Shown piece by piece: positions 1 to 9,968 of a DNA stretch of 64,000 nucleotides. The notes beneath the pieces are model-generated. The model was not told the origin of the DNA. It did no database searches and saw only the letters and a program-made list of their open reading frames with translations. Positions within the stretch are counted from its first letter, which is position 1. Every line of letters begins with the position of its first letter. Made by a program: the position numbers and the translations under genes. Source of the DNA: Candidatus Babeliales bacterium (GTDB lineage: Bacteria > Babelota > Babeliae > Babelales > JBFXEV01); NCBI GenBank assembly GCA_050179755.1, contig JBFXEV010000001.1, positions 105,994 to 169,993 on the forward strand. The letters run 5' to 3'.

Positions 1-960
1 CGCTCCACGTTGCCCAATGGCATTCTGCAAAACGTTCCTTTACATGATAAAAATTGGTTTGGCACCGGCGGGCCTGCGCTCTACTTTACTGAGCCAAAAA
101 CAACAGAGGCTTTTGCACAGGCGCTTTCATTTGCACATGAACATAAGCATGATATTTTTGTGCTTGGCTCTGGCGCCAATATTTTAATTGCTGATGAAGG
201 CTTTAATGGTTTGGTAATACGTCCGCAATTAACAGGCATATCTCATACACCATGCAAAGATGATCCTGATCATGTTGCAGTAACCGCAGAGGCTGGTGTA
301 ACCATTGAAAATTTAATTACTTATTGTTTAAAGAATCAACTTGGTGGGCTGGAGGAATTTAGTGGTATTCCAGGTACCGTTGGCGGCGCCATGTACATAA
401 ACCTGCATTACTTTAAACATTTGCTTGCTCACTTTGTACTTTCTGCCGAAATTATAGAACGATCAACAGGCACTAGAACAATGGTGGAACTGAATTGGTT
501 TGAGTTTGGCTATGATCACTCACGCCTTTTTGCACAACAAGAATATGTGCTTTCGGCTACTTTTAAGCTTAAAAAAATAACTGAACTTGAAGCTGCATAC
601 GCACAGGGCAGAGCAGATGAAATAACACGCCATCGCAAACACCGCTATCCTTACCAAGGAACATGTGGAAGCTTTTTCCGCAACTTTCACCCCCATGAAG
701 TAACGCTTGAAAAAAACGGCAAAAAGGCCATTTGGGTTGCTTTTTATCTTGATAAAATTGGCATTAAAGGCGAACTATCTTATGGTGATGCTGTTGTTTC
801 ACACCAACACGCAAATATGATTGTAAATCAAGGAAATGCCACAAGTACTAATATTGTGCAGCTCGCGCGGCGCATGCAAGAGCTTACCCGTGAAAACTTT
901 GGCATAACTCCACAACCTGAATGCCAACTTATTGGCTTTAGCTCCTATCCATTACATTAA
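1..960 (+). CDS. murB: UDP-N-acetylenolpyruvoylglucosamine reductase (5' end probably outside window)
   Basis: GGPA, LGSGANIL, GLEEFSGIPGTVGGA, FGYDHS, GSFFRN and HANMIVN motifs; frame is open to the window edge. Confidence 0.95.
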   Translation, partial: RSTLPNGILQNVPLHDKNWFGTGGPALYFTEPKTTEAFAQALSFAHEHKHDIFVLGSGANILIADEGFNGLVIRPQLTGISHTPCKDDPDHVAVTAEAGVTIENLITYCLKNQLGGLEEFSGIPGTVGGAMYINLHYFKHLLAHFVLSAEIIERSTGTRTMVELNWFEFGYDHSRLFAQQEYVLSATFKLKKITELEAAYAQGRADEITRHRKHRYPYQGTCGSFFRNFHPHEVTLEKNGKKAIWVAFYLDKIGIKGELSYGDAVVSHQHANMIVNQGNATSTNIVQLARRMQELTRENFGITPQPECQLIGFSSYPLH

Positions 961-976
961 TTTTTGATAGCAACGC

Positions 977-1648
977 ATGATAAACGAACTCTTATTTATT
1001 ATCCATATTGCGCTTATAAGCATTTGTTTATTAGGCGCATTACGCTTTGGCAAAGAAGCGCTTATTGCGCTCATAACGCTCTATTGCATCCTTGCAAATA
1101 GCTTTGTTCTCAAACAAATGACTATTTGTTCCTTCCAGGTTACCTGCACTGATGCATTTATGGTAGGTACCGTATTGGGCCTTAATTTGCTGCAAGAATA
1201 CTTTGGCAAACCAATTGCGCGTAAGGCAATCGCAATAAGCTTTGCAGCATCAATTCTTTATGCTCTGTTGGGGATACTCCATATTTGCTATGCACCCAGC
1301 GCATATGATATGTATCATGCATCGTATGTTGCATTGCTTACGCCAGTTCCCCGTATAGTACTTGCCTCACTTTTTGTATACTTGCTTGTGCAAATTACCG
1401 ATTATTATATTTTTGGAGCACTCAAAAAAATCTTTGGCTCTCGCTATTTGATAGCACGCTTATGGATCACCATAGCACTTACACAACTACTTGATACGGT
1501 ACTTTTTAGTTTTCTTGGGCTCTATGGCATTGTTGATAATATAAGCCAATTAATCATAGTCAGTTATACCATTAAAATGCTCGTACTTGTTGGTTCCACG
1601 CCCTTTATGGCATTAAGTAAAAAAATTGTTAAGGAACCAATCACGTGA
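977..1648 (+). CDS. yhhQ: Queuosine precursor transporter (VUT/YhhQ family)
   Basis: About 6 TM helices; LANSFVLK, LQEYFGK, PRIVLAS, Q.LDTVLF motifs; overlaps the tgt start. Confidence 0.85.
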   Translation: MINELLFIIHIALISICLLGALRFGKEALIALITLYCILANSFVLKQMTICSFQVTCTDAFMVGTVLGLNLLQEYFGKPIARKAIAISFAASILYALLGILHICYAPSAYDMYHASYVALLTPVPRIVLASLFVYLLVQITDYYIFGALKKIFGSRYLIARLWITIALTQLLDTVLFSFLGLYGIVDNISQLIIVSYTIKMLVLVGSTPFMALSKKIVKEPIT

Positions 1649-2775
1649 CATACTTTAAATTTGAAATACTCCATCAATCAAAAAAATCACGCGCACGTGT
1701 TGGCAAGATTCATACACCTCACGGCATCATTGATACGCCTAACTTTGTGCCTGTGGGCACCAATGGTTCATTAAAAGCTACTGATAGCACTCTTGCTGAT
1801 CAACTTGGCGTTCAGCTTATGTTTTGTAATACGTATCACTTAATGTTGCATCCAGGAACCGAAACAGTAAAAAATGCTGGCGGATTGCACAACTTTATTA
1901 ACCGTAAAAACCCAATCATTACCGATTCCGGTGGCTTTCAAGTATTTAGCTTGGCCTATGGTACAGTAAAAGATGAACTGAAAAGTAAGGGTAAAACACA
2001 GCACAATAACTCGGTATTAAAAATAACTGAAGACGGCGTGCTATTCCGCTCATACCGCGATGGTGCTCCTCTATTGCTAACCCCAGAAACTTCTGTGCAA
2101 GCACAAAAGGCACTGGGTGCCGATATTATTATTCCGTTTGATGAATTACCACCATATCATATTGACCCTAAAACACTGCAAAAATCTCTTGAACGCACAC
2201 ACCGTTGGGAAACACGCTCTCTAGAAGAACATAAACGTAACCCGCAGCAACAGGCCATGTATGCAGTAATTCATGGGGGTATTGATCCGGAAATGCGCGC
2301 AAAAAGCTGCGCTTATTTGAGCGGGCTTGATTTTGATGGCTATGCAATTGGTGGAAGCGTTGGCAAAAATCGCACTGAAATGATACACATGCTTGGCGAT
2401 CTTATGCCACGCATTGCTCCCGAAAAACCCACTCACTTGCTTGGCATTGGGGATTTGCCCTCATTAGAGGCAAGCGTGCCACTTGGTATTGATACGTTTG
2501 ATAGTTCACACCCTACACGTTGTGCGCGCCATGGTCATTTATTCACCAAACAAGGTACGGTTAATATTGTTCAAAGCAAATACAAACAAGCCTTTGAGCC
2601 CATTGAGCACGATTGCACGTGCCCCACATGCTCACACTATACCAAAGCATATATTCATCATTTATTTAAAGCTGGCGAATTAACAGGATATACTTTGGCA
2701 ACCATACATAACGTTCATTTTATGGTACAGCTCATGCAGCACTATCGCACACAGATTCTTAATAATGAAATTTAA
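1645..2775 (+). CDS. tgt: tRNA-guanine transglycosylase
   Basis: TPNFVPVGT, NTYHL, TDSGGFQVFSL, Zn site CTCPTC...HN; GTG start. Confidence 0.97.
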   Translation: MTYFKFEILHQSKKSRARVGKIHTPHGIIDTPNFVPVGTNGSLKATDSTLADQLGVQLMFCNTYHLMLHPGTETVKNAGGLHNFINRKNPIITDSGGFQVFSLAYGTVKDELKSKGKTQHNNSVLKITEDGVLFRSYRDGAPLLLTPETSVQAQKALGADIIIPFDELPPYHIDPKTLQKSLERTHRWETRSLEEHKRNPQQQAMYAVIHGGIDPEMRAKSCAYLSGLDFDGYAIGGSVGKNRTEMIHMLGDLMPRIAPEKPTHLLGIGDLPSLEASVPLGIDTFDSSHPTRCARHGHLFTKQGTVNIVQSKYKQAFEPIEHDCTCPTCSHYTKAYIHHLFKAGELTGYTLATIHNVHFMVQLMQHYRTQILNNEI

Positions 2776-2866
2776 ATATCCTTTTGTAAATTAGGGCGCG
2801 ATGCAGCATAAGATTGAATCAAATAAAACAAAACGTTAAACTCTTATTATTACTTGAGGTCTCATT

Positions 2867-4930
2867 TTGTTAAAACAACTCATTATAACCTTTTTTTTGG
2901 CTAACATTTGCTCATTATGGTGCATGGACCGATCGCTACAAAACCTTGCCCCGCATGATCCAGAACTTGCTGCACTACACGAAAAATCTTTAAAAGGGTT
3001 TAAGGGACCAACTACGCAAGATATGCATCTTTTACAAAATGCTATTACATATTTTGAATCAAGAGAACACCCTAAGCGAGAATTCTGGTTGCGCCAATGT
3101 GAAGCTGCCAAGACAATCATTGCTCATTATGAACCTGAAATAAAAACTGCATTTATAGCTCTACTCACTCAAGAACGAGAACAACCAGATAGTGCACATT
3201 GGGAACAAATTCAAAAAGTACTGCCCTTGGATAAATCCATTGAACTGCATCCTGATAAACGGCTGGTAAAAAAACTAATTGCTTTAGCCCATGACGAGAA
3301 ACAATCATATGCAAAATGGGTTGAAATCATCACACCAAAACCCGTTCAAAACCCAACTAAAGTTGTTTCTAAAAAAGGATCAGTTTTAAAAAAGGGGAGA
3401 ATAAATAGAATAAATAAAGGAACGAAAAAAAAGGAAAAGGTAGCAAAGCTCTCTCAGCAAAGCGATGCAAAAAAACAACAAGAGGAAGCCACTCAAAAAT
3501 TTTGGGCAGCAGTAACTAGTAAGCAAACTGGACAAGCAATTCAATTACTCCATGCCCACAAACTTAATGTAAATATGCGCCACAAACCGCTCAAGCATAC
3601 AGCTTTGCAAATGGCTGTAATGGGGGAAGATGCACCAACATGTGCAGCTTTGCTTACAGCTGGGGCAAACCCTGACGCACGCTGCCCTATGGTTCTTCCT
3701 ACAAGAAATACTCCCTTTGAAATGCCCACACTTGGCCTTGCAATACAAACAGGCTCTGTGGAAATTGTTGTGATGCTTCTTGAAGCAAAAGCAGATCCCA
3801 ATAACTTAATTATATATCAAACTAAACCAACACAGTACGAACATCTTCTCTGTCTTGCGGCAACACCAATAGGTGAAGGTGAAACCAAATATACGCCAGA
3901 AGCTCAAGAAAAAATAATCCGCTGTTTATTACTTTTTGGAGCTCTGACTCCGTGCAAAAAAATAATATTATATGATGATGTGGGCAAAAGATATACCCCC
4001 ATAGATTTAACAAATGAAAAACATAGAAAAGCTTTACCACTTATGCTACTTGCTACCAAAAAAATTAATTGCCTGAGCCAGGTTATTCAACTTATGGCAG
4101 AACCTGAAAAATTAAGTAGTCTGTTAGCTTTAGAAAGTAAAGATACTCCAACAACTGAACAAATTATCCATGCACTATGGCACGCACTACATGCAAATGA
4201 TGAAATAATCGTCCGCAGTTTACTAACACAAATAAAAGATCCTCGAGATTTAACTAGTTCAGCAAATAAAGCACCAGGCATGCTTCATTATTGTGTGACT
4301 GCTGGTAACAGGAATTTATGCAATTTATTGCTTGATCACGGAGCCGATCCAAATCGCGCGATTGAGCTACAAATGACCGATGAAGATAGCAAACCATATA
4401 CCATTTTAATCACACCACTTATGGCAGCCATTGTTCACGCAAATGTGGAGCTTGCAAAACAATTAATAGATCGTAATGCTGATCCCAACCTACTAATCGA
4501 ACAACCAGAGGGTGAAACGGAATATCCATTATGCGTTGCCGTAGGAGCTTTAGTAAAACAAACCACTAAATCCAGTGCAAAGCGCAAACGCATGCTTGCA
4601 ATGCTCTTAAGAAATGGTGCCACGTGCTTTAATGGCCAGATAGTGCTTGAAAATACCGCTATGAATACCAGCTACGTTCTTGACCCTAGTAATCCTGATG
4701 ATCAACAACGTATTCAATTACTGCTCAATGCTCCTGACGAAATTGTTGCTAACATGCTTGAATGCCAAGAAGACACTATAATTTTTAAAGTCTCTTTTTC
4801 GGAGCAGGAGTTAAACGATCTAAGTGACGATATTGAATTTAGTGACAGCGCTGAAAATAATGTTGATATTAGCAGCTCAGATCAAGAAGTTATTGTTACA
4901 CGAGATGAAGAAATTGAGGAACATGAATAA
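2867..4930 (+). CDS. Exported ankyrin-repeat protein
   Basis: Signal peptide; repeats such as TALQMAV..LLTAGANPD and TPLMAAI..LIDRNADPN; Lys-rich segment; acidic tail. Confidence 0.85.
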   Translation: MLKQLIITFFLANICSLWCMDRSLQNLAPHDPELAALHEKSLKGFKGPTTQDMHLLQNAITYFESREHPKREFWLRQCEAAKTIIAHYEPEIKTAFIALLTQEREQPDSAHWEQIQKVLPLDKSIELHPDKRLVKKLIALAHDEKQSYAKWVEIITPKPVQNPTKVVSKKGSVLKKGRINRINKGTKKKEKVAKLSQQSDAKKQQEEATQKFWAAVTSKQTGQAIQLLHAHKLNVNMRHKPLKHTALQMAVMGEDAPTCAALLTAGANPDARCPMVLPTRNTPFEMPTLGLAIQTGSVEIVVMLLEAKADPNNLIIYQTKPTQYEHLLCLAATPIGEGETKYTPEAQEKIIRCLLLFGALTPCKKIILYDDVGKRYTPIDLTNEKHRKALPLMLLATKKINCLSQVIQLMAEPEKLSSLLALESKDTPTTEQIIHALWHALHANDEIIVRSLLTQIKDPRDLTSSANKAPGMLHYCVTAGNRNLCNLLLDHGADPNRAIELQMTDEDSKPYTILITPLMAAIVHANVELAKQLIDRNADPNLLIEQPEGETEYPLCVAVGALVKQTTKSSAKRKRMLAMLLRNGATCFNGQIVLENTAMNTSYVLDPSNPDDQQRIQLLLNAPDEIVANMLECQEDTIIFKVSFSEQELNDLSDDIEFSDSAENNVDISSSDQEVIVTRDEEIEEHE

Positions 4931-5676
4931 TGCTTACATCTACTGCAAATCCTCTCATTAAACAAATTACTGCCTTACACAGTGCAAAAGGGCGACAAAA
5001 ACAACGGCGTTGTATAGCAGAAGGCATGCGCACACTTGAAACAATGATTCGTGCAGGATGGCGCGCAGACCATATCTATGCCACAAGTACACTCTATCAT
5101 GACGCCATTGATAAGTTTCAAAATATACCTATTACTGCAGTTTCTGACACGGTTATGAACAAGATAAGTGCGGCTACCACACCAAGTGGCATTCTTGGCG
5201 TGTTTCCATTGCCCGGCATTCCTGACCCTAAAAAGTTATCAGCAGGCATAGTACTTGCAGGCATTGCTGATCCTGGCAACATGGGCACACTCATACGCTC
5301 CTGTGCAGCGTTTGATAAACATTCGGTAGTAGTAATTGAGGGGTGTGACCCCTTTGCACCCAAAGTAATTCAATCTACTGCAGGCACCATTGCTCACGTA
5401 ACCATTTTTGAATGGACGTGGCAAGAACTTTTGCAACATAAAGGATCACTTGAACTTATTTGCTTGGTAAGCGCAGGAGGCATGCCGCCGGAACAACTCA
5501 AAATCACTGAAGGGCTGTTGGTGATTGGCAGCGAAGCCCATGGAGTTCCTCCCTTATGGCAAGCTGACTGCGAGCACAAGGTTACTATTCCTATGCCAGG
5601 GGGCACAGAGAGCCTTAATGCAGGAGTTGCAGGTTCGATAGGCCTCTATGCACTCTGGACTGGTAGAAAATATTAG
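4930..5676 (+). CDS. TrmH/SpoU-family RNA methyltransferase
   Basis: DPGNMGTLIRS, IGSEAHG and IPM.GGTESLNAGVA SPOUT motifs. Confidence 0.93.
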   Translation: MLTSTANPLIKQITALHSAKGRQKQRRCIAEGMRTLETMIRAGWRADHIYATSTLYHDAIDKFQNIPITAVSDTVMNKISAATTPSGILGVFPLPGIPDPKKLSAGIVLAGIADPGNMGTLIRSCAAFDKHSVVVIEGCDPFAPKVIQSTAGTIAHVTIFEWTWQELLQHKGSLELICLVSAGGMPPEQLKITEGLLVIGSEAHGVPPLWQADCEHKVTIPMPGGTESLNAGVAGSIGLYALWTGRKY

Positions 5677-5773
5677 TTAAAACTATTTATTTTTTAGTTA
5701 CAAATATGGTATTCTTTAAGTAGAGAAACCTGCCGTAAAAGCAGGGAAGTTAATACTAAAAAAAGGAAATATC

Positions 5774-6391
5774 ATGAAAAAACTATTACTTACTGGTTTA
5801 TTACTAGGAGTTGCCGGTGCTAACGCCAATTTGGATATCATGAATAAAACTGACCAACCACTCTATTTTGAGTTAGGTACCGAAGCAAATCCACCAACAG
5901 GTAAGAATCTTAAAGACTTAAAAGCTGCTAGTAAAGAAGATGCAAGCTTAGTGGGCCGCTTGAAATCAGCAGGCAAATACTTTGGTTCAAAAACAATCGG
6001 CTTAGAACAAGAAGGTTCGTTTTATGAAACAAACGTAGACACTAATAACAAAGTACTTATTTTACTTTCAACTACTAAGAACTTAATCCCTGGACATCCA
6101 GTTACACTTGTTACAGTAAACCCCGAGGGCAGAAATGTATTTCTTCGCATTAAAAGAGACCCATCGGGTATAGCTTTATTTGCAGGAAGCCCCAACAAAT
6201 ATTTAGTTGGCCCGCAAACTGGCCCTGTTGGTGGCTGGACTGGTTATACAGAGCGCGGCAAACCGCTTGCTAATATCATAAGGCAGGATGACATTACCGT
6301 TAATCCAAATTATGACGTAAATGCACCAGCGCAGCAGCAGCAACTTAAGGGAACATTGCAAGAACTTGGCATCGGTGCTGATATTGAATAA
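5774..6391 (+). CDS. Exported hypothetical protein (GPQTGP family, paralog 1)
   Basis: Signal peptide, AAGGAA SD; shares PLYFE.GTEANPP, KVLILLS, GIALFA and GPQTGP with the next gene. Confidence 0.8.
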   Translation: MKKLLLTGLLLGVAGANANLDIMNKTDQPLYFELGTEANPPTGKNLKDLKAASKEDASLVGRLKSAGKYFGSKTIGLEQEGSFYETNVDTNNKVLILLSTTKNLIPGHPVTLVTVNPEGRNVFLRIKRDPSGIALFAGSPNKYLVGPQTGPVGGWTGYTERGKPLANIIRQDDITVNPNYDVNAPAQQQQLKGTLQELGIGADIE

Positions 6392-6416
6392 CCACCATTA
6401 GTTATTGAAAATAACT

Positions 6417-6452
6417 CAAGAGGGGGAGAACAATACTCCCCTCTTGTATTTT
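6417..6452 (+). terminator. Intergenic hairpin (terminator or attenuator-like)
   Basis: CAAGAGGGGGAG...CTCCCCTCTTG followed by TATTTT. Confidence 0.5.
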
Positions 6453-6467
6453 AAAAAAGGAAACATC

Positions 6468-7118
6468 ATGAAAAAATCATTATTCATACTAGCACTCGTA
6501 AGCACTGCAAGCGCGTTTGCAACAGAAGACATAAACTTTGATATCGCAAACTACACCACCGAACCACTCTACTTTGAAGTTGGCACAGAAGCAAATCCGC
6601 CAAAGGGATGGGATCTTAAATTACTCAATGCATCAAAAAAACAAGGAATAGGCACATTAGGCCGTCTTTTTAACTTTGTTCGTTATAGCATCACCAAAGC
6701 ACCAAGCACTGAAGATAAAGGAACATTTTATCAAGGTCACGTAAACAATCAAAGCAAAGTACTTATTCTACTTTCCCGCACACCAAACATTAAAGAAGGA
6801 TCATCAGTAACAATGCTTACAATCAATCCTCAAAAGCATATTATTATACGGGTGAAAGAAGATCCTACAGGCATCGCATTATTTGCAAATGATAAGCGCA
6901 CCTATATAGCAGGGCCACAAACTGGGCCTCTGCAAGGTAAATTGGGCTATAATGATAGAATCTTGCCACTGGAAAAGAATGTACAAACAAGCGACATTCA
7001 AATTAACACTAACTACGTTATCAAAGATAAAGATTTAAGTCCAAAAGAAAAAGATCTGTTGCGCCATAAAGAATTCAAAGGCGTAACTGGCGAGCAAATT
7101 ACTGTTGAGCCTTTCTAA
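6468..7118 (+). CDS. Exported hypothetical protein (GPQTGP family, paralog 2)
   Basis: Start moved to MKKSLF (AAGGAA SD, signal peptide); homologous to 5774..6391. Confidence 0.8.
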   Translation: MKKSLFILALVSTASAFATEDINFDIANYTTEPLYFEVGTEANPPKGWDLKLLNASKKQGIGTLGRLFNFVRYSITKAPSTEDKGTFYQGHVNNQSKVLILLSRTPNIKEGSSVTMLTINPQKHIIIRVKEDPTGIALFANDKRTYIAGPQTGPLQGKLGYNDRILPLEKNVQTSDIQINTNYVIKDKDLSPKEKDLLRHKEFKGVTGEQITVEPF

Positions 7119-7149
7119 TTTTTTCTTAAAACCTCTTATCAAAAATACG

Positions 7150-7177
7150 TGTGGCTCATTTAAATGGGCCACATTTT
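7150..7177 (+). terminator. Rho-independent terminator
   Basis: TGTGGCTCATT-TA-AATGGGCCACA then TTTT. Confidence 0.6.
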
Positions 7178-7307
7178 ATTAAACTATTTAATTTAATAAT
7201 TCTATTATGATATTATGTAATTAGAATATGAATAAACAAACAGCCTTCGATGCACGTAATTAAGATCAAATAGAAAAATTACATCCAAACACCACAACCA
7301 ACCTACT

Positions 7308-7337
7308 AAGGGCCCTTTCACCACACGGGGCCCTTTT
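7308..7337. terminator. Hairpin just downstream of the minus-strand M48 gene
   Basis: AAGGGCCC...GGGCCCTT stem. Confidence 0.45.
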
Positions 7338-7340
7338 CAT

Positions 7341-8072
7341 TTATAGGGGCAGAGCCTTAGAACAAAATTGTAATTGTTCTTGCTCAATATGCATAGCAAG
7401 CATATCCTGCGCAATTTTCAGGCGGTCACTTGGACGCGGATGAGTAGCACACATATCGTCTCCATAACGCTCAATCAGCTCTTTAAAAAAACAAATCGCG
7501 CCTTTGGTATAATGTAGGCTCTTAAGCATAGCATTAATATCTGCTCTAAATTCTGTAGATCGAGCAAACATATGCATGCATTTTTTTTGGACTTTATCTT
7601 TATAATCCACTAAATTGCTCAAAGCGCTTTCAAGCGAATGATCTTTAAACTTACAATGAATTAATTCATGCGCAATAACAAATCGTTGCGCTTCTGGAGA
7701 AAAGCTAGTTAAATTCTCTTCATCAAGATATATAGTGTAATCATCCGCAGCAGCTGGCGAACCCTGCCCATTAAACGGCACCAGAGAAATTGAGTCTCGA
7801 TCAAGCGCAAAATCTTGCACTATTTCATGCACCAGCGCCATAGTTTCTTGGCTAATCGGCGCAAACTGTTTGGCCTTACGTTTATTACTTTTTTCGGCTG
7901 CAAGCTTAAATTTTGCACCAAATTCACCTAAAAATTCAGTGCAATCTGCAGGCGTGATCCCTGCATAAATCTCAAGCTGTTGCCACGTATCTGCCATGAG
8001 GAGCTCTGCGTAACAAGTAAAATAGTCAGGCGATAATGATTGGAATGCGATTTGCGGATTTGGGTAATTCAT
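7341..8072 (-). CDS. M48-family zinc metallopeptidase (no N-terminal anchor)
   Basis: IAHELIH, EFRAD, THPRPSDRL. Confidence 0.8.
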   Translation of the reverse strand: MNYPNPQIAFQSLSPDYFTCYAELLMADTWQQLEIYAGITPADCTEFLGEFGAKFKLAAEKSNKRKAKQFAPISQETMALVHEIVQDFALDRDSISLVPFNGQGSPAAADDYTIYLDEENLTSFSPEAQRFVIAHELIHCKFKDHSLESALSNLVDYKDKVQKKCMHMFARSTEFRADINAMLKSLHYTKGAICFFKELIERYGDDMCATHPRPSDRLKIAQDMLAMHIEQEQLQFCSKALPL

Positions 8073-8207
8073 ATGCTGCTGTGAGTGCTTATGTAGGTAT
8101 ATCTAGTATGAAATTGCCCTTCAGTGTAACCTATCCAATTAAAAAGTAAAATTTCAGCCCACAGCCCCTTCTAGATAGCCCTATTAATCAGCAAAATGCC
8201 ACAATTA

Positions 8208-8235
8208 TTGACAAATAGGATTTTGCAAGTATACT
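8208..8235 (+). promoter_or_regulatory. Sigma70-type promoter of the M48 operon
   Basis: TTGACA-N16-TATACT. Confidence 0.65.
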
Positions 8236-8270
8236 GTCTATAACTAATCTACATGCTATTGGAGGTGGCC

Positions 8271-9098
8271 ATGATTAATAAATTCAGAAATTACTTATTC
8301 TTAAGCTTGGGCGCTCTTGCGCTTGGAGCATTTCTATTTACTTTTAAATGCTTATTTTACTCAAGCAATGAGCCTCATCAAGCTAATGTTGCTACTGACG
8401 ATACTGCGCAAAAACTTTGCCCCGAGCAATTCCTTAAGCACGTAGACACACTCATGACAAATACCTGGGATCAATTTAAGAACACCAGCAATGTAACCAT
8501 GCAAGATTGCCATCATTTTTTAAAAGAACATGGGAACACCATTAAAGAAAATGCTGAAAAAGCAAGAGCAACTAAAGCAAAGATGTGTAAACCCCTGCAG
8601 CAAGACACGATTTCTTTAGTACAGGGAATTCTTAAAGATTTTAATATACAACCAAACAATATTAAAATAGTTCCCTATAATGGGAAAGGATCACCTGCCG
8701 CCGCAGATGATTACACCATGTACATTGATGAGGAACTTCTAGGCACATTCTCTCCTCAAGCACAACAATTTATTATTGCGCATGAAATATCTCACTATAC
8801 GCATAAAGATTATACAATGGAAAGCGCTCTTCTTAATCTGGTAGATGATAAATCTCAAAAAGACAAACATTGCCTGAATGCGTTTGCACAATTTACAGAA
8901 TCAAGAGCAGATATCGTAGCCATGCTCAAAGATAAAAAATACGCAACCGCTGGTATACATTTTTTTAATGAATTAATTGCACGTTATGGCAATGAACCAT
9001 GCCATAGCCATCCGCTCTCAAGCGATCGCCTAAAAATCGCACAAGAAATAACAGCTATGCACACAGCACAAGAACAAAACAAAGTACAAACGGCATAA
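8271..9098 (+). CDS. Membrane-anchored M48-family metallopeptidase
   Basis: GGAGGT SD before MINKF; N-terminal TM; IAHEISH, ESRAD, SHP.SSDRL. Confidence 0.85.
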   Translation: MINKFRNYLFLSLGALALGAFLFTFKCLFYSSNEPHQANVATDDTAQKLCPEQFLKHVDTLMTNTWDQFKNTSNVTMQDCHHFLKEHGNTIKENAEKARATKAKMCKPLQQDTISLVQGILKDFNIQPNNIKIVPYNGKGSPAAADDYTMYIDEELLGTFSPQAQQFIIAHEISHYTHKDYTMESALLNLVDDKSQKDKHCLNAFAQFTESRADIVAMLKDKKYATAGIHFFNELIARYGNEPCHSHPLSSDRLKIAQEITAMHTAQEQNKVQTA

Positions 9099-9112
9099 AA
9101 CGAGACTGCGCT

Positions 9113-9961
9113 ATGCTCTACAAGGTAAAAAATAATATATGCTACGCGTTAGGGCTACTTACCTTAGCGTCACTCATTACTTTGCTTATTGGCGTACGTT
9201 ACGGTCTTGATCCGCACTCACTAGAAACAACAGATTTTGTGCCAACAGCACAAGCCCCTTACGCATCGAGTGCCCAACCATTCCTAGATCGCATAGATAC
9301 GCTTATGACAACAACATGGCAGCAACTGGAACAAGACCTACATATTGATTACAGCACATGCAAAGCCTTTATTGACGAGTATGGCAACGAACTGAAAACT
9401 GATATACTGCGCGACAATCGACGCATTGCCAAAAAATCACCAAAAATCTCTGCAAGCATATTAGAAATAGTATATGAAATTTTAAATGATTTTGGCATTG
9501 ATCCGCGTTCAATTTCTATTATTTCTTATGATGGGCAAGGCTCACCGGCAGGCGCTGATGATTATACGTTGCATATAGATGAGAATGCATTTGCAAGTTA
9601 TAGTCCTGAAGCTCAACGATTTATCATTGCCCATGAAATTTCTCATATGAAAAATAGGGATCACACATTTGCGAGCGCGCTAGCAAGTTTGCTCGAATGT
9701 GAATCAAATTCCAGACCTGCAGCATTCCACGCATTTGAAAGAGCCACTGAATTACGCGCTGATATACATGCTATGCTTAAACACCCTGATTATGCACAAG
9801 GGGGCATTAGCTTTTTCCAAGCACTGCTGGACCGCAATGGTGATGGCAGAGGCATTACACATCCACGGCCCAGTGAGCGACTTAAAGTGGCGCACGACAT
9901 ACAAGCTATGCATGCAATGCAAGCACAAAAACTACCAATAACTGGCCTAATAACCGCTTGA
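9113..9961 (+). CDS. Membrane-anchored M48-family metallopeptidase
   Basis: N-terminal TM; IAHEISH, ELRAD, THPRPSERL. Confidence 0.85.
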   Translation: MLYKVKNNICYALGLLTLASLITLLIGVRYGLDPHSLETTDFVPTAQAPYASSAQPFLDRIDTLMTTTWQQLEQDLHIDYSTCKAFIDEYGNELKTDILRDNRRIAKKSPKISASILEIVYEILNDFGIDPRSISIISYDGQGSPAGADDYTLHIDENAFASYSPEAQRFIIAHEISHMKNRDHTFASALASLLECESNSRPAAFHAFERATELRADIHAMLKHPDYAQGGISFFQALLDRNGDGRGITHPRPSERLKVAHDIQAMHAMQAQKLPITGLITA

Positions 9962-9968
9962 GGATGTC

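Noticed and set aside
7244..7256. CCTTCGATGCAC as another REP-like copy
   Set aside because: Short partial match without the CACTCAG half or a hairpin
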